From Pseudomonadota bacterium (lineage in GTDB: Bacteria; Pseudomonadota; Gammaproteobacteria; Pseudomonadales; Halieaceae): a DNA stretch of 64,000 bases. The position numbers and the translations under genes were made by a program. Where the stretch lies: NCBI GenBank assembly GCA_039111155.1, contig JBCCPL010000009.1, positions 1-64,000 of the forward strand, in the 5' to 3' direction. Under the pieces are notes generated by a model that was not told the origin of the DNA, did not search any database, and saw nothing but the letters and a program-made list of their open reading frames with translations. The stretch's first letter is position 1. Each line of letters begins with the position of its first letter. Below, one piece after another: positions 60,954 to 64,000 of this stretch.

Positions 60954-63767
60954 CTAGATTACAGCACCACCGCTAAGACCTTCCGCGCGTTTCAGAAGAT
61001 CTTCGCGCCGCGGATAGTCGCGCCGCAGCTGCAGCAGCACAGCGTTCGCCAAATCGATGGCCTCCTCAGCTCGCTTCTCTCTGACTAGAAGATCCGCCTC
61101 AATGAGCTTCGCCCGAAGCACATCCGGATGATTGGGATATCGCGTTAGCGTTTGCGACACCATCTTGAGCGCGCGGGATGCTCCGGCAACATCGCCCAAG
61201 GACGCTTGGATGTCTGCAAGGTCCACGACTCGAGTAAGGAAATGCGGGCTGTCAAGCACTTGCTGCTGCTTGATCAGCTCAAAGTAACGTTCCAGGTACT
61301 CGCGCGCTGACCGTAAGTTGCCATTAGCCCGCTCTAAGAGATACTGGTGCATGGACCAGGTTTCGAAGTCCTGGTTTTGTCTACCGCGCAGCGCAATGAG
61401 TCCGGCCAGTGCGGTGTCAAAAAGGTCTTTGGCCTCATCGATTTGACCCGCAGCCACAAGCGCATAGCTCAGGAATCTCTGTGAGTCGTAGTCGCCGTAG
61501 CTCCCCTCGCCGTGCAGTGCCTGGCGCAGTGCAAGGGACCGCCTGCTGGCAGCGACCCCTTCTTCCACGGCTCCCGCCTGGATCAGGAAACGGCTTTGGT
61601 TGGCCAACAATACTTCGAGATTTCGACGTCCTTCTGGACCTTCGCGAGCCGCAAATATGGCGAGCAGTGACTCGCTGGCCGCAAGTGCCTCGGGAATTCG
61701 TCCCGCTTCGCCAAGATAAAGAACCAGCGTGTTAGCACTAACCAGCGAATCCCAGGAGTCCCCGCCGTAGAGCGCCTGCTCGATACGCTGTGCCTCCTCT
61801 TCATGGGTGATAGCACGGTGTATGTCGCCCCGCCGATAGAACAGACTGCTCAGGCTGCTGTGGACCCTTCCGACGGTGCGATGCGTTTGGCCATAGTTGG
61901 CATTGGCCAGCCTGAGGGCACGCTCATTAACCTGCAACGCTGAGCTGTACTCGCCGGTGAATCCCAGCGCTAGAGCGAGTGTTCGTAGCGGATCAATGAA
62001 GCGATGGCTCATGGGTGATTCGTCTTTCTCCAGCAAGTCCACCGCAGCCTGCGCGTAGTCTCTGGTCATCTCGAAGTCTTCTCTACCGATTTCGACCCAA
62101 GCCAGCGAAGTTAGCACGTCCGCGCGTTCGCGATCGTGAGCGCTTCCTAGACCTTCAAGGATCTCCATCGCCTGCAAGTAGGTATTTGTGGCGACCTCAA
62201 ATTCATCCTTGGCATAAGCGAGATAGCCAAGGGTGCGTAGATAGCGCGCCCTGATCGCCGCGGGCAACTGGTCAACGGCAACCGCTCGCGTGAGTTGACC
62301 AAGCACTTCATCTGCAGTAACAACCTGACGGTCCTGAAGAGTGAGCTGGATGGTGTCCAGCTGAATCTCGGTAAAAAGGTCAGGAGATTCCACCGCGGAG
62401 GCGAGTACTGTAGCCTCGCGAAAGCTCGCTTTTGCTTCCTTCAGACGACCGAGTCGCCACTCGGCATTGGCGCGAATACGAATGAGATTTGCCAGGGTTG
62501 CGTCGTCCGAAGCTAGCTCTTGCGACGCCAGCCGGATAGCGTCCTCAAAAACTGATTTAACGATTGCTGCAGAACCCGTTTCTTGCTCCGCGACATGATC
62601 CTGAAGGTCCGACATCGACTCCGTCAGCAGCCGTGACAATGCCTTGCTAGCCCGTGTCGCGCTCGCCGCACGGGCCTCAGCCAGTTCCTCGGACTTGCTC
62701 AAAGACCGCGTGTAGCTGAAGGTGATGCCCATCAGCACGATTCCGGCGGCAGCAATGACTGAAGCGACGGTTCGATGACGCTTCAGGAAGCGGCCAGCTA
62801 GGTAGGTGCCGCTTCGGCTCGCCGCAGACACCGGATAATCGCCCTGAAAGGCCGCGAGGTCTCTTGCCAGTGCGTCTGCCGACGGATATCGGGCTTGAGG
62901 TTCTGCTCGCAGACACCGCTCAACAATCAGCTGTAGATCCCTTGGGATTGATCGCCGAAACTTAGGGGGAATCGACAGATCTTCGCCTCGAGCAGCGATC
63001 GCTATCGCCTGCTCAATCGCGTTTGGCGGCAGCAGCGATTGCCCGGTGAGCAAGCGATACAGCAATGCACCAAGTTGAAAGATGTCCGACGCAATTGTTA
63101 CTGGCTTCCCTAAAAGCTGCTCGGGGCTAGCAAAGTGCGGGGTCATCGCGCGTATCGCCGTGCCACTGTCGGTGTCATTTACCAAAAGTTTGGCAATTCC
63201 AAAGTCCAGCAGCTTTGGTTGGTCAAACCAATCCACCATCACATTGCCTGGTTTGATATCACGATGGACGATGAGGTGAGCATGTGCATAAGCAACAGCT
63301 GCCGTAATCGCTTGCAGCAGTGTTACCGCCGTCGACACGGGATTGCCGCGCGAATCGCAGTAAGCGTCTACCGATTCTCCCCTGATCAACTCCATCACCA
63401 TGTAGGGACGACCGCTGACACTGACTTGGGCATCGTAGAGGCGGGTGATGTTTGGATGATCCAGTGCCGCCAGAAGACTTAGTTCCTGGTCAAATCGTCG
63501 ACGGAGTTCAGCACTGATTGAGGCGCCCATGGAGACTTTCACCGCAACGTCGTGTTCGAAGTTACCATCGGCGCGCTCGCCTCGGTAGATCCGGCTCATA
63601 CCACCCTCGCCAATGACTTCAACGAGACGGTATTGGCCTAAAGTACTGCCGAGCAGACAGTCTTCGCTTTTCCCCATCAGGTCGATACCGAGCCGCAACC
63701 CGTATCCGGTGGAGAGTCCTGATTTGTCGGTCTTGAGCATGTCGGGCGCCTTACCTGTCAACAACAA
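60954..63767 (-). CDS. Hanks-type Ser/Thr protein kinase fused to a single TM helix and a long TPR array
   Basis: N-terminal kinase subdomains ('VAVK', 'HRDIKPGNVMV', 'DFGIAK', 'APE'), a TM segment (VIAAAGIVLMGITFSY), then ~550 aa of TPR-like repeats; 937 aa. Confidence 0.85.
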   Translation of the reverse strand: MLLTGKAPDMLKTDKSGLSTGYGLRLGIDLMGKSEDCLLGSTLGQYRLVEVIGEGGMSRIYRGERADGNFEHDVAVKVSMGASISAELRRRFDQELSLLAALDHPNITRLYDAQVSVSGRPYMVMELIRGESVDAYCDSRGNPVSTAVTLLQAITAAVAYAHAHLIVHRDIKPGNVMVDWFDQPKLLDFGIAKLLVNDTDSGTAIRAMTPHFASPEQLLGKPVTIASDIFQLGALLYRLLTGQSLLPPNAIEQAIAIAARGEDLSIPPKFRRSIPRDLQLIVERCLRAEPQARYPSADALARDLAAFQGDYPVSAASRSGTYLAGRFLKRHRTVASVIAAAGIVLMGITFSYTRSLSKSEELAEARAASATRASKALSRLLTESMSDLQDHVAEQETGSAAIVKSVFEDAIRLASQELASDDATLANLIRIRANAEWRLGRLKEAKASFREATVLASAVESPDLFTEIQLDTIQLTLQDRQVVTADEVLGQLTRAVAVDQLPAAIRARYLRTLGYLAYAKDEFEVATNTYLQAMEILEGLGSAHDRERADVLTSLAWVEIGREDFEMTRDYAQAAVDLLEKDESPMSHRFIDPLRTLALALGFTGEYSSALQVNERALRLANANYGQTHRTVGRVHSSLSSLFYRRGDIHRAITHEEEAQRIEQALYGGDSWDSLVSANTLVLYLGEAGRIPEALAASESLLAIFAAREGPEGRRNLEVLLANQSRFLIQAGAVEEGVAASRRSLALRQALHGEGSYGDYDSQRFLSYALVAAGQIDEAKDLFDTALAGLIALRGRQNQDFETWSMHQYLLERANGNLRSAREYLERYFELIKQQQVLDSPHFLTRVVDLADIQASLGDVAGASRALKMVSQTLTRYPNHPDVLRAKLIEADLLVREKRAEEAIDLANAVLLQLRRDYPRREDLLKRAEGLSGGAVI

Positions 63768-64000
63768 CGGGTGTGCTATCGCCTTTTATCAGGCAATCTG
63801 TTGACCTTCTCATGCTACCCGTCACTTTTGCCAAAATTCAGCGCGATACACTCCACCGCAGTCCGTACCTTTGGCTGGGGTTCGTTTTTGCGAGTTGTAT
63901 TCGACAGCTGTGTAAGATAGTTGCGGTGGGACTGATTGGCCAATGCTTCTACCGCTCTTTCCTTCAAAAAAACGTCAGATTCTAAGTGAACAACTGATGG

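Noticed and set aside
1-64000. tRNA, rRNA and CRISPR arrays
   Set aside because: No 16S/23S/5S-like conserved blocks. No T-psi-C (GGTTCGAATCC-type) arm with a cloverleaf context was found in the intergenic regions scanned. No regularly spaced direct repeats were seen.

Overview
This 64-kb window is a GC-rich (~58-60%) proteobacterial chromosomal segment, probably gamma-proteobacterial. Most of it is core metabolism and envelope genes. The central block (28.0-42.3 kb, + strand) is a contiguous nitrogen-salvage cluster: urease ureDABCEFG, xanthine dehydrogenase xdhABC, allantoicase, OHCU decarboxylase, 5-hydroxyisourate hydrolase, ureidoglycolate lyase and guanine deaminase. The most interesting locus is a tightly packed six-gene operon on the minus strand (12.8-22.7 kb). 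It encodes a ribbon-helix-helix/DUF2170(YjfI)-like protein, a PspA/IM30 (bacterial ESCRT-III) homologue, a YqiJ/NfeD-like membrane protein, a flotillin (SPFH) protein, a giant 1755-aa protein with a P-loop ATPase core and long coiled coils, and a translationally coupled rhomboid intramembrane protease. The operon is preceded by a 625-bp leader carrying paired TTACATGTAA palindromes. I interpret it as a candidate, so far uncharacterised, membrane-remodelling/repair module that pairs an ESCRT-III-like protein with a dedicated ATPase, a raft scaffold and a protease. Other notable items: a secreted spondin_N+CHRD protein; TspO; an ECF sigma/anti-sigma unit; a low-GC accessory island (49.5-56.7 kb) with an intact IS3-family element (AAAAAAG frameshift site, terminal IRs), two IS3 remnants, a PEP-CTERM-like protein, a methyltransferase and a sulfotransferase-like gene; a pair of Tat-signal PLP enzymes (aminotransferase plus alanine-racemase-like); an APH(6)-like kinase; and a Ser/Thr kinase-TPR protein. 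I found no rRNA, tRNA or CRISPR arrays. Start coordinates come from the longest-ORF track and are approximate.
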